This document shows positions 8,014 through 17,412 of a stretch of DNA of 64,000 bases, in pieces; position 1 is the stretch's first letter, and each line of letters starts with the position of its first letter. The position numbers were made by a program, and so were the translations under genes. Source of the stretch: an uncultured delta proteobacterium (GTDB taxonomy: Bacteria > Desulfobacterota > WTBG01); the NCBI GenBank assembly GCA_963793865.1, contig CAWCBP010000001.1, positions 192,001 through 256,000 of the forward strand, in the 5' to 3' direction. A model generated the notes under the pieces. It made no database searches, was not told where the DNA came from, and worked only from the letters and a program-made list of their open reading frames with translations.

Positions 8014-10290
8014 TTAAAACCCCTCATCCAATTCCATTGCTTTGACGATCATCGGGCTTAATGCATAATAAAGCCTGATGAGCTCCCGGCCTGCGGGCGA
8101 GGTGCTTAAGACGCGGTCCCGGAAATCTCTGAGCAGCATAACCTCCTGAGAGCCCTCACCGTACAGCTGCACTGCGGGACAGAGAGCAGTCCCTCCTGCC
8201 TGGAAAAGACCCAGCACCTGGGTGTTGAAGGTGACCAGTCCGTTATCGATGCGCTCAGCCTCAAGTTCATCCCAGCTTTTTGTCAGCTCATTATAGACAT
8301 ACGGCTTCACTTCTTTGCCCGCTGCTGCCGCTCTATCATAGGGAATGCTGATGCTGACATCCCGGTTGAAAAAGGTTCGATAGGGACCGATGTGAACAGC
8401 AGGCCCGGCCGCGTCAATGCCGTTCATCGGCGGCGGGTTGAGCTGCTGACCGATGTTGATGACCGTATCCTCCCAGAGGCAGTCGTTGGTATCCTGAGGG
8501 TCATTTATGGGAATTGCTTCTTGCGGCGTGAACTCTTCGGGCCGTGCGGGATAGGGATCAGGCGGAATTACAATCCTGGCGCCCTGTATGGTGCTTGCCG
8601 GATTTGCCACCTCCAGGGTGGCGCCGCCGAGCCTGGTCACCATCTGGGAAATCCCGGTCGCTATGCTGATTCCATCCGGATAAAGTCCGAAACGTTCAAG
8701 GGTACCCTTGAGCACCACATAGTAACTTGTCGCGAATTCCGACGGCATGAGGCTATACGAGGGGGCCACGGTGACTTCAGCAACAGCAACTTCACTGCCG
8801 CAGCTTGTCTCGTTGCCTTCCGCGTCCTCACAATAGGTGAGATCAAATATTCCGGCCGCTGTCTTTTCTTTGGGTACGAGGGGAATGCCATTTTGCAGTC
8901 TCATGTCGCAGAGGTTATCAAAGTCATCGTAAAACCAGTGGCAGGGAGCAAGGATCAGCTTTTCGATTCCGTCTGCCTTTGCTGATTGCAGGACATCCCG
9001 AATGCTCTGAAAGTGCCCGCCGAGCTTGTCCCCGGTATAAAGAGCATAGGCATAGAAATTGTCCGTCAGCATGTCGCTTTCCACACCTCCCTTGGTAAAC
9101 ACAAGATTGTAGCGATCCCCGTAGGCCTTCTGTAAGGCCTTTTTCCATGAGAGGTAGTTGAGGTAGGCATTTTCATGGTACACCTCCAGATGCCAGGGAT
9201 GCTGGGTACTCATAGCCGAAGAGCCCGGTACACTGCCCCAGGGAAGTCCCCGGGTTATGTAAATGAACCCGATGGTGCTTCCCTCGGGATAGGCTTCAAT
9301 ATACTTCCTGAGGTGCATGACGTTCATGGCGTTAAATTCGGGTGTTCTTCCCACCTGTCTGGTCTGGTGAATTTCCGTTTCATCCAGCACCCCGCTTTCG
9401 CAGAGTGCCTCTTTTATATAGTTCCCTGACAGGAAATTGTTGGCGTAATGGTTATTGTCCGTGGTCTCACGGGCAACAACCATCTTCCTGAAACCTTCTG
9501 ACGCAAAGGCCCGCGCCACCTCCTGTTCATGTTCCGTATATCCGGTAATCCCGTTATACTGTCCAAATCGGACATCGATCGAATCTCCGAATGATTCTTC
9601 CAGCATTTGCCCCGTGGCATCCATAATCGCCTGGGCATAGGATGATTGAAGATATGCCTCCGGCAGCTCAGCGGGCCCGCCCAGCAAGCCGACCCTCCAC
9701 ATAAATGAGAGCGGGCCTTTCTCATACAGGTCTCCCAATCCGTTCGGATAGGGCTCACTGCTTGATCCGATGCCGATCTGGTACCAGTCCTCGAGATAAT
9801 CCTCCCCGGTTCTCGGGTCAGGGGGATAATACAGGTCACCGGTCATGGGGTTCACCACCTCTTTTGCCGGGATGATCGGAGCGCCCGGGGGCACTTCTTC
9901 AGGCCCCAGGGATGGATGCCCCGGGTAAACGCTCTCATAGACACCGTCAACCAGCCTGTAAATCCCGCTGTTGTCATAGGAGCGCTCCCATCCCTCGGTT
10001 TCCGTATGCAGCGCCCAGGGGACAAGCCCGAGGTGCAGCTGGTAGGGGAAATTTCCCACATGACCGATTTTACAGGCCTGTCCTTCATACTCTGTCTTAT
10101 CACCGACCCGGCACCAGTAATGGCTGTTCCAGGCATACTCAAAATTATAGCCCGCTGAAGGACCCCAGCCGGTTATGAGCACTGCCACCCGGTCTTTGAC
10201 CTGAGCTGCCCGGCCCACCCCGGACAGGAGAAAAAACACAGCGGCGATTGTGATGAGACATGTTATTGCTGGTTGCCGGCCGGCATTCAT
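8014..10290 (-). CDS. Secreted protein, N-terminal class II chelatase (ferrochelatase)-like region and C-terminal CFI-box-CTERM-like domain
   Basis: GAAAGGAG RBS before ATG 10290; signal peptide (…FFLLSGVGRA-AQ); tail LCPAVQLYGEGSQEVMLLRDFRDRVLSTSPAGRELIRLYYALSP; chelatase likeness judged by eye. Confidence 0.6.
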   Translation of the reverse strand: MNAGRQPAITCLITIAAVFFLLSGVGRAAQVKDRVAVLITGWGPSAGYNFEYAWNSHYWCRVGDKTEYEGQACKIGHVGNFPYQLHLGLVPWALHTETEGWERSYDNSGIYRLVDGVYESVYPGHPSLGPEEVPPGAPIIPAKEVVNPMTGDLYYPPDPRTGEDYLEDWYQIGIGSSSEPYPNGLGDLYEKGPLSFMWRVGLLGGPAELPEAYLQSSYAQAIMDATGQMLEESFGDSIDVRFGQYNGITGYTEHEQEVARAFASEGFRKMVVARETTDNNHYANNFLSGNYIKEALCESGVLDETEIHQTRQVGRTPEFNAMNVMHLRKYIEAYPEGSTIGFIYITRGLPWGSVPGSSAMSTQHPWHLEVYHENAYLNYLSWKKALQKAYGDRYNLVFTKGGVESDMLTDNFYAYALYTGDKLGGHFQSIRDVLQSAKADGIEKLILAPCHWFYDDFDNLCDMRLQNGIPLVPKEKTAAGIFDLTYCEDAEGNETSCGSEVAVAEVTVAPSYSLMPSEFATSYYVVLKGTLERFGLYPDGISIATGISQMVTRLGGATLEVANPASTIQGARIVIPPDPYPARPEEFTPQEAIPINDPQDTNDCLWEDTVINIGQQLNPPPMNGIDAAGPAVHIGPYRTFFNRDVSISIPYDRAAAAGKEVKPYVYNELTKSWDELEAERIDNGLVTFNTQVLGLFQAGGTALCPAVQLYGEGSQEVMLLRDFRDRVLSTSPAGRELIRLYYALSPMIVKAMELDEGF

Positions 10291-10360
10291 GACGCTCACT
10301 CCTTTCATAAAAGTTTTATTGACCTGAACCCCCCGCAAAAAAACAAAAAGAGTTTAGGAT

Positions 10361-10401
10361 AAAAAAACCCCACCCATACGGTAAGATCCATGAGTGAGGT
10401 T
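10361..10401 (-). terminator. Intrinsic terminator between etfA and the secreted-protein gene
   Basis: Minus strand AACCTCACTCATGG-ATCTTA-CCGTATGGGTGGGGTT followed by T run. Confidence 0.7.
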
Positions 10402-10581
10402 CACAGTGTACAATCTTTCTTATATGCTTTAGATTGACCAGCATACAAAACCATTCTTGTATGGAAAAATCATAGTAATGCGTTGAATTACTTCATAGCA
10501 GAGCATCTCCGTATGTCAAGATAATTATGGGAGGGTAATGATGCCTCCATCATGGATTTGGAATATCTGCATTAAAACTTT

Positions 10582-11590
10582 TTACCCGGCCAGCAGCTCC
10601 TTGAGTTTGTCTCTGAATGCGGGCAGCACCTGTTTCCAGTCGCCGACGACACCGAAATCGGCCTGGTTGAAGATAAACGCCTTGGGGTCTTTGTTGATGG
10701 CGATGATGCTCTTGGACTGGGCGCAGCCGGTCATGTGCTGGATGGAGCCGGAGAGTCCTACGGCAATATAAATATCAGGGCTCACAATTTTCCCGGTAAG
10801 CCCCACCTGCAGGTTGGATGGTACCCAGCGATTATCGCAGGGAGGCCGTGAAGCGCCGACCGCCGCTTTCAACAGTGCCGCCAGCTCCTTGAGCTGCTTA
10901 AATCCCTCGGAACCGCCCATGCCTCTTCCTCCGCATAACTATGATCGAGGCGTCTTCAAGCCGTATCCCGTCTTCCTCTTCCTTTACCCGTTTCACCAAT
11001 CTGGTTCTTATGGCTGAGGGGTCCAGGCCGGCATCAATGGGGATGACCTCACCCTGTTTTGATGTGTCGGGCGCAAGCGGCGACATGACTTTGACCCGCA
11101 CCGTGGCTATCTGGGGAAAAGATTCGCTGGAGAAGGTGGCCTGGGCATTGCCCCCATACACAGGCTTTGTTCTCAGCAGCAGCTTTGTGTCGGGATCAAT
11201 GGCGAGGCCGACGCAGTCCAGGCTGGCCGTTGTGTCCAGCCTGAAGGCCAGCAGGGGAGCCAGGTCGGAACCGACGGATGTCTGTCCCAGGATGAGGATT
11301 TGGGGCATCACCTGTTTCACTGACTTTTCCATCACCGATACGTAGGCGTCCGTCTGGTACTCTTTCAGCAGCGGATCGTCAACCACATATGCCTTATCAG
11401 CGCCAAAGGCGACCGCTTCCCGGGCCGCATCTCCCATACCGCTTCCGACCAGCACCGCGCACAGTTCCTGCCCCAGGTCATCAGCCAGCCGCCTGCCGCA
11501 GCCCAGCGCCTCTTTGGCAATGGAAGTCAGTTTGCCTTCACCCATTTCACAATACGTCATTACGCCTTTATAGTCAGACATACCATTCAC
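10582..11590 (-). CDS. etfA: Electron transfer flavoprotein alpha subunit (single frameshift near 10937)
   Basis: N-half 10898-11590 plus C-half 10582-10920 (VGASRP, QVGLTGKIVSP, GLSGSIQH, AINKD); removing one A in GTT-A-TGC restores IIVCGGRGMGG. Confidence 0.92.
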
Positions 11591-11611
11591 CTTTTCAGAT
11601 TACGTTCAGCT

Positions 11612-11732
11612 AAAGATATTTGAAACTTCGGTAGGAGCGCCTTTAGGCGCGATGCATTCGCGGCTGAAAGCCGCTCCTATCGGTTATCAATGTTTCTCTG
11701 AGAGAAAAATGCTCAGGATTGAGTCTGTCAGG
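11612..11732. repeat. GTAG-type REP doublet (core 11631-11680) within ~120-bp repeated unit
   Basis: GTAGGAGCGCC-TTTA-GGCGCGA...TCGCGGC-TGAAA-GCCGCTCCTAT; flanks also match 49938-50060. Confidence 0.85.
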
Positions 11733-11794
11733 ATCTGTAATTTTTTTAGACCCTGTTTTCTTCACGCCTTCAGCCCATCGCCCTGATTGCCGGA

Positions 11795-12586
11795 CTACAG
11801 AAGCCGGGCTTCCCTCAAGGCGAGGGCCAGGTTGGCTCCCGCCTCCGCGGGGGTTTCACCCGCTATGATCCGGCCCTGGCTTTTCCTGCCCGGAGGGGCA
11901 GAAAGGCTGACAACGTTCAATCTCTTCAGCCGGGACACGTCAACCCCCGACTGCTGGGCGTTCCGGACCGTGACGGGCATCTTCTGTGCCGCCATGACAT
12001 TCTTCAGGCTGGGGTAGCGCAGCTCGCCCACCTCACTGCTGGTGGTGACCAGGGCCGGCGTCGGAGCCTCAATGACTTCATATCCGTCTGAGACCACCCG
12101 CTCCACCTGTACCTTCCCGGGGCTGAGCTCTATCTTGCAGGCTGCGGTCATCACCGGTATCTTCAAAATCTCGGCAATCCCGGATCCCACCTGGCCGGCA
12201 TTGGTATCCGCCGCCTGTCTTCCGCAGAGGATGAGATCGTACGCACCAGCCTCGCGTATGGCGGCGGCCAGGAGCTGAGCCGTCGCGTAACTGTCAAGCA
12301 TCTCAAATGCGTTGTCTTCCAGCAGGATCAGCTCATCGGCGCCCGCGGCCAGGGTTTTCCTTAATACCGCCTTGGCCAGGTTGCGCCCCGCGCTTATGAC
12401 CGTTACCGTGCCGCCCTGGGCCTCCTTGATCCTGAGGGCGGCTTCCAGCGCGCTCTCATCATAGGGACTCAATACCGGCGGGCTGCCCTGAGGCATGATC
12501 ACCCGCTTGGCTTCGGTGTCAACCTTAATGCCCGAGGAGGAGGCCTCGGGGTCAGGCACCTGCTTCATGCAGACAATAATTCTCAT
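11795..12586 (-). CDS. etfB: Electron transfer flavoprotein beta subunit
   Basis: MRIIVCMKQVPD, D..ALE.AL, GAD, LILCGRQAAD...GQVG, LRYPS. Confidence 0.96.
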   Translation of the reverse strand: MRIIVCMKQVPDPEASSSGIKVDTEAKRVIMPQGSPPVLSPYDESALEAALRIKEAQGGTVTVISAGRNLAKAVLRKTLAAGADELILLEDNAFEMLDSYATAQLLAAAIREAGAYDLILCGRQAADTNAGQVGSGIAEILKIPVMTAACKIELSPGKVQVERVVSDGYEVIEAPTPALVTTSSEVGELRYPSLKNVMAAQKMPVTVRNAQQSGVDVSRLKRLNVVSLSAPPGRKSQGRIIAGETPAEAGANLALALREARLL

Positions 12587-12664
12587 GTTCCGTTACTCCT
12601 GTGATTTTATTTCCCGCAAAGCTTGAAAGAATTGAAAATCCGGCCAGGCGTATTTGACACTTCG

Positions 12665-12714
12665 GCAGGCGCGCATTAATGCGCCATACATTCGCGGCTG
12701 AAAGCCGCTCCTAC
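12665..12714. repeat. Degenerate GTAG-type REP doublet
   Basis: GCAGGCGCGCATTAATGCGC...TTCGCGGCTGAAAGCCGCTCCTAC. Confidence 0.8.
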
Positions 12715-12754
12715 CGGTTACCAACATATAAGCATAAGCAAGAAACTTCGGGCA

Positions 12755-14404
12755 TTACAGCGTGCCCTCTTCCGACGGCTCAGTACCCCAGAAATAATTG
12801 CCGCTTCCAACGCCGTTGGGATCCAGCATCTCCCTGAGCCTGCGCTGCCAGCGGTATTCAGCAGCTTTTGAAAGTTTCTGCGCGCGAGCCTTTTCGTCGG
12901 CATGGGTAGCCCGTGCCAGCCCCAGGAGCATGCCCCCGGGAGGCCGGCCTTTTTGGGTTTTTAACCTGTCCCCTTCGTCGGAGACTTCCACTGCCGCCTT
13001 TGCGGAATCAGGATCCTGGGGGTCATAGAAAAGAAAGTCCTCCCATCCGGTGACGCCGCCGCCGCCCTGTCCTGATACCGGGCCCATCGCCTGGTCACCG
13101 GCATCCGCGATTCTACCGGCATATTTCTTCAGGAGCGCCTTGCCCTCTTCGATTTCCCCCGATGCCCAGACATCCGGGGAGGCTACCGAGTTGTAGGTGT
13201 CAATGAAGCCCCCGGTGGCGGTAAAATTGAGGTTCTTGAAGCAGAGCTTGATCATAAACAAAAGCACGTATCGCTGCATTGTGGGCTCGTCCACTGCGGC
13301 GATGTTCCACCCCTCCGTTTCGCGCAGTATCTGGTCCAGAACTTTGAGCTGATATTCAAGATGCCGCGGGGTCATGCCGGCCAGAATGAGCTGGAAGTTG
13401 CGCCGCATCTCTTCGGTGAGCTTCTGTATTTCCGGCATCTCCAGCAGTGCCGGCAGATCGCAGAGCTGCCGTGCGGGATCGGTCACTATTTTCAGGAAAG
13501 CCGCCTGCAACTCGTCGCCCCACATGACAAACTGCCGGTGAGCGATATATCCGATTTCCGAGTCGTAGATTTTGTAGAGGGCGTCGGCAAAGGCCTGCCA
13601 GCTGGGGAAGGCCGGGAACGCCGCCCTGAAAAGGTCCTCCGGCAGCGGCGATCCGTAGGACGGAATTGTGCCTTCAACGGGCATGACCGTCGGGCCGGGC
13701 CAGTGAACCAGCCGTATGGCAATCTTGGTCACAACACCCCACCCCCCGGCACCTCCCAGGGCGCCCCTGATGACCCCCTGCATGCTCGGTCCCGGTCCCT
13801 CGGCGCAGAACCAGCCCAGGCCGGAACCCAGCGAGCCGGTCCTGAGTATGTCGCCCGTGGGCGTGACCCACTCGATGGAGAGTATGCTGTCCTGGGGAGA
13901 GGCAAAGTACATGCAATCCGGTCCCCCGCCCTGAAAGCAGCATGCATTGGCAAGCACCGAGGTGCCGGCGCCCGCGCCGCTGATGTGATTGTTCAAACCC
14001 AGTTTCATGGCTTCGGCCTGGAGCTGTCCGGCCACCACGTAGGGTTCAACCACGGCGAACATATTCTGAGCATCTATTTCTAGTATCCGGTTCATCCTCC
14101 GCAAGTCCAGCAGGATTTGTCCCGCGGCGGGCGGCGCGGCCCAGGGACCCCAGCCTGTGCTGTAGGCATGAAACTTGAGCTTGCAGCGGTTGCAGGTCCT
14201 GACGATGGCCTGGACCTCCTCGGTGCTTCCCGGCATGAGCACGGCATCAGGCAGGTCAAAGAACTTGCTTCCGCCGCTTACGTCGGTTACCAGCTCGGCC
14301 ATCCATTGGTACGCGTAGGAATGCAGCGTCGCCGGCTCCTCGGTTATATTGTCCGGCCCCACAATGCCTTCCAGCGCCTCATATGCTTCCCTCGCCAGTG
14401 CCAT
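12755..14404 (-). CDS. FAD-binding oxidoreductase (VAO/PCMH-type FAD domain)
   Basis: PDAVLMPGSTEEVQAIVR.CN, LDLRRMNRILEID..N.FAVVEP.V, E.VTPTG.ILRTGS, GVVTK, DPNG. Confidence 0.9.
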   Translation of the reverse strand: MALAREAYEALEGIVGPDNITEEPATLHSYAYQWMAELVTDVSGGSKFFDLPDAVLMPGSTEEVQAIVRTCNRCKLKFHAYSTGWGPWAAPPAAGQILLDLRRMNRILEIDAQNMFAVVEPYVVAGQLQAEAMKLGLNNHISGAGAGTSVLANACCFQGGGPDCMYFASPQDSILSIEWVTPTGDILRTGSLGSGLGWFCAEGPGPSMQGVIRGALGGAGGWGVVTKIAIRLVHWPGPTVMPVEGTIPSYGSPLPEDLFRAAFPAFPSWQAFADALYKIYDSEIGYIAHRQFVMWGDELQAAFLKIVTDPARQLCDLPALLEMPEIQKLTEEMRRNFQLILAGMTPRHLEYQLKVLDQILRETEGWNIAAVDEPTMQRYVLLFMIKLCFKNLNFTATGGFIDTYNSVASPDVWASGEIEEGKALLKKYAGRIADAGDQAMGPVSGQGGGGVTGWEDFLFYDPQDPDSAKAAVEVSDEGDRLKTQKGRPPGGMLLGLARATHADEKARAQKLSKAAEYRWQRRLREMLDPNGVGSGNYFWGTEPSEEGTL

Positions 14405-14420
14405 AGGTACTTTCCTCCGT

Positions 14421-15696
14421 TTAGAGTGCTTCCCGCACCAGGTCTAAAATGTCATACACCTTCGTCGCTTCACCGCGGTCAGTAACCGCGTCAATGAAAT
14501 TCCGCTCGCAATGGGGACAGGCGCTCACGATCCCTTCAGCGCCGGTGGCCCCCGCCTCTTCAATCCGCTCTCCGGCGGTCCAGGAGGAAAACTCCGGATA
14601 CCGCTCCCGCACCCCGCCGCCGGCGCCGCAGCACCAGGCATATTCCCTGTTCCGTTCCATCTCAACCAGCTTTATGCCGGGAATGCTTTTAAGCACGTTC
14701 CTCGGCGGGTCGTAAACTCCGCCGGCCCCGTTATAGCGCGGCTTTCGGGGCTCGTAGACCAGGATCTGGCCGCGGACTTTCTTCTGTTCTCCGGCCCACG
14801 GCACATGAGGTTCACCCCGTCTCCCCAGGTGGCAGGGATCATGGTAGGTGACGGTCATGGGAACGGTTTTGGTAAATCTTATTTTTCCCTCCCGGATGAG
14901 CCGGTCAAGAAATTGCGTGATATGCAGGACCTCGAAGTTGAAATCCAGCTCGGCAGGATAGAGTCGCTTGAAGGCGTGGTACCCGTCGGAGCAGGCGGTT
15001 ACCACCGTCTTCACGCCCGCGGTGGTCCAGGCGTCGCGGTTGTTCTCCGCGTACTTGAGAAACTCACCCCGGTAGCCCATGTCGCAGAGCCGGCCTCCGC
15101 AGCAGTTCTCGTCCTTTCCCATGATGCCCACATCAATGCCGGCGTCCCTGAGCAGGGTCACCGCCGTTCGGGGTATTCTCCACAGCTCCTCATCATAGCT
15201 GAACCGGCAGCCGGCGTGGAAAACCACCTCGGCCTTCTCCTGGGTCAGATCCTTTACATCCAGCCCCTCAGCCCATTTGCCGCGATCGGCCTTGGGCAGC
15301 ATCATGGTATTGTCCTCCTTGCGGAGATGGTCGATGAGGGGAATGTCCTGGAAGGGGAACTGCCCGTCGTCAATCAATTTGAACCGCAACTGGCGCATCA
15401 CCTCCACGGGTTCCAGATCATAGCGGCACACCTTGCAGGCGAGGTCGCAGCTTCCGTCCAGCATGCATTTGAAGACGATGTCCAGCAGCCCGTCGGTGTA
15501 GCTGATCCTGTCCTCGAGCAGTGCCAGGGAGACGGCCAAGTTTCCCGCTGGCCGAGTAACTCTGGAACTTGCCGTACTCCACGCTGGGACAGCCTTTGGC
15601 GAAGCGCCAGCTCTTCACCTGAGCGAAGGGGATCCATTTGCAGTATGAACACCTGCTGCATCGGTGTACCATAGCCCTATAATCTTCCAGTGCCAC
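14421..15696 (-). CDS. Fe-S protein with CCG domains (HdrD/GlpC/GlcF-like); single frameshift near 15540
   Basis: N-terminal CSRCSYCK...CP (ORF 15418-15696) joins ORF 14421-15539 with ENCCG, TACSDG, YHDPCHLGR, WCCGAGGG, SACPHC. Confidence 0.9.
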
Positions 15697-15725
15697 TGTA
15701 TGCTTCCTCCTCCGTGTGGTTTCCC

Positions 15726-17225
15726 CTAAAAGCAGAGCTTGCCGGGGTTCAGTACATTGTTGGGGTCAAAAAGCTTTTTCACCTTCCGTGACAGCTCGGT
15801 GTGCGCGGCATCCCTGCCGTAGGCCAGGTCCGCCCACATTCCGTAGGGGCGGGAAAAGAAGGCCCCCTGTTTTGAGAGTTCCTCGCCGGCCGCGGCAAAG
15901 AGCCCCTGCACCCTTGTAACCTCGCTCCCGCTGGCCGGGTCGTAGGGCAAACTGAATTCCACATGGCAGCTTGTGCCCATATGGGTCGGCTGAAGGTACA
16001 CTCCAACGTCCGATAGCGGGTACTTGCATGCTTCCGCCAGCGTGTGCATGGTGGCCACGAATTCCGGCGCCCGGTTCATGGTGGTGAGAAAGAAAATGTC
16101 CTGGCAGCCGCCCTTGTGGCGAAGTTTCCAGTACGGTTCCTTGGAAGGATTGAGCACCGTCTCCCCCACCTGCTCCGCCCGCGCGCCGGGGATTGCCGAC
16201 TCCGGACGGACGCCGCATTGCCGGGCGATCTCGCCAATGTCCTGTTCCATGAATGCAACCTTTTCCTCCGGCAGGATGTATCGCCCGGCCAGCCCGAGGA
16301 TCAGAATCCAGGGAGGAAGCTCCTTCTGTCTGCTCCCGTCCCTCAGCAGGGAGGCAAGGGCAGAACTGTTCAGCAGCAGCAGCTCATCATGAAAGCGTAT
16401 GCGCAGGAGTTTGCAGGCAAAGCCGATGAGGGTATCGAGCCTGTCGGAAGGCACCAGGAAAAACCGCTGTGTCTGGGGCAGCACTTCGCAGCGCAGCGAC
16501 GCCCAGGTGACAATTCCCATGGTTCCCTGCGCCGCCGACAGCAGCTTGTGAAAATTGAATTGCCCCGGGCCGTATTGATAAAGCGCCGTGTCCTGCGTTT
16601 TTCGACGCGCTTCCAGCACGTCTTCAATGGGCATAAATTTCGCCCCCCCGCCGGTGGAGGTGCTTATGCTGGCGCCGGCAAGCTCGCCGGTCCTGAATAG
16701 ATCCCCGTTCCCCATGACTGTTTCAAGGCATCGCAGGGGCTCGGTCAGCGACCAGGCATACCGGGGGTTGGTGAGAGGTTCCCGCTCCAGGACGCTGCCC
16801 AGCACCGATTTGGTGGCGCGCGGCATCAGGGGCATGGGAAGTCTCATCCCCTCCTTGGCCAGCGCCGGCTGGAGCTCGCTGAAAGTGACCCCGGGCTCAA
16901 CCACCGTCACCCGGTTTCGCCGGTCCATCATGATGATCCGCTTCATCCCGCTCAAGTCGACGATAACCGCCCCCTCGGCGCCGGGAACGCTGTCGCCGCG
17001 GAAGCGGGGCGGGCCCGAGCTTACCGGCACCAGCGGCGTTCCGGTTCCGTTGGCCCACCTGACGATGTTCTGCACATCGTCGGCATTCCCGGGCCTGACC
17101 ACCAGCAGGGGCCTGCGCGGCGTCGTGAAGCTCAAGTCCCGGGAGTAGGCATCCAGGGCGACCGGGTCATCCGTGACCTTTTCCGCGCCGACTATTTTCA
17201 TGAGTTCATCTTTTTTTCCCGACAT
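15726..17225 (-). CDS. FAD-binding oxidoreductase (FAD_binding_4 family)
   Basis: VVRP...DVQ.IV..AN, VDLSGM.RI, VVEPGVTF..L, GTMGIVT, FDPNNVLNPGKL. Confidence 0.9.
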   Translation of the reverse strand: MSGKKDELMKIVGAEKVTDDPVALDAYSRDLSFTTPRRPLLVVRPGNADDVQNIVRWANGTGTPLVPVSSGPPRFRGDSVPGAEGAVIVDLSGMKRIIMMDRRNRVTVVEPGVTFSELQPALAKEGMRLPMPLMPRATKSVLGSVLEREPLTNPRYAWSLTEPLRCLETVMGNGDLFRTGELAGASISTSTGGGAKFMPIEDVLEARRKTQDTALYQYGPGQFNFHKLLSAAQGTMGIVTWASLRCEVLPQTQRFFLVPSDRLDTLIGFACKLLRIRFHDELLLLNSSALASLLRDGSRQKELPPWILILGLAGRYILPEEKVAFMEQDIGEIARQCGVRPESAIPGARAEQVGETVLNPSKEPYWKLRHKGGCQDIFFLTTMNRAPEFVATMHTLAEACKYPLSDVGVYLQPTHMGTSCHVEFSLPYDPASGSEVTRVQGLFAAAGEELSKQGAFFSRPYGMWADLAYGRDAAHTELSRKVKKLFDPNNVLNPGKLCF

Positions 17226-17292
17226 GCGTAGACTCCCCGGGCTTCTCTCTTCGTGCCCTTCGTGGTTGAAGCTGTGTGCTCATCACGATCGA

Positions 17293-17360
17293 TTATTTAG
17301 AACACGTTCTAAATAACACATTCTTTTTTTACTTGTCAAGCATAAAAGAACATGTTCTAA
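17293..17360. promoter_or_regulatory. Two palindromic TetR-type operators overlapping the divergent promoter
   Basis: TTATTTAGAAC-AC-GTTCTAAATAA (17293-17316) and AGAACATGTTCT (17347-17358) flank a minus-strand TTGACA (17339-17334). Confidence 0.8.
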
Positions 17361-17412
17361 TAAAAATTATTTGCGATGGTTCCCGCCCATTCACACGGAA
17401 GGTGGCCTGAAG

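Noticed and set aside
17297..17360. LexA (Cheo) boxes
   Set aside because: Spacing is GAAC-N2-GTTC, not GAAC-N4-GTTC, and the adjacent TetR explains the palindromes
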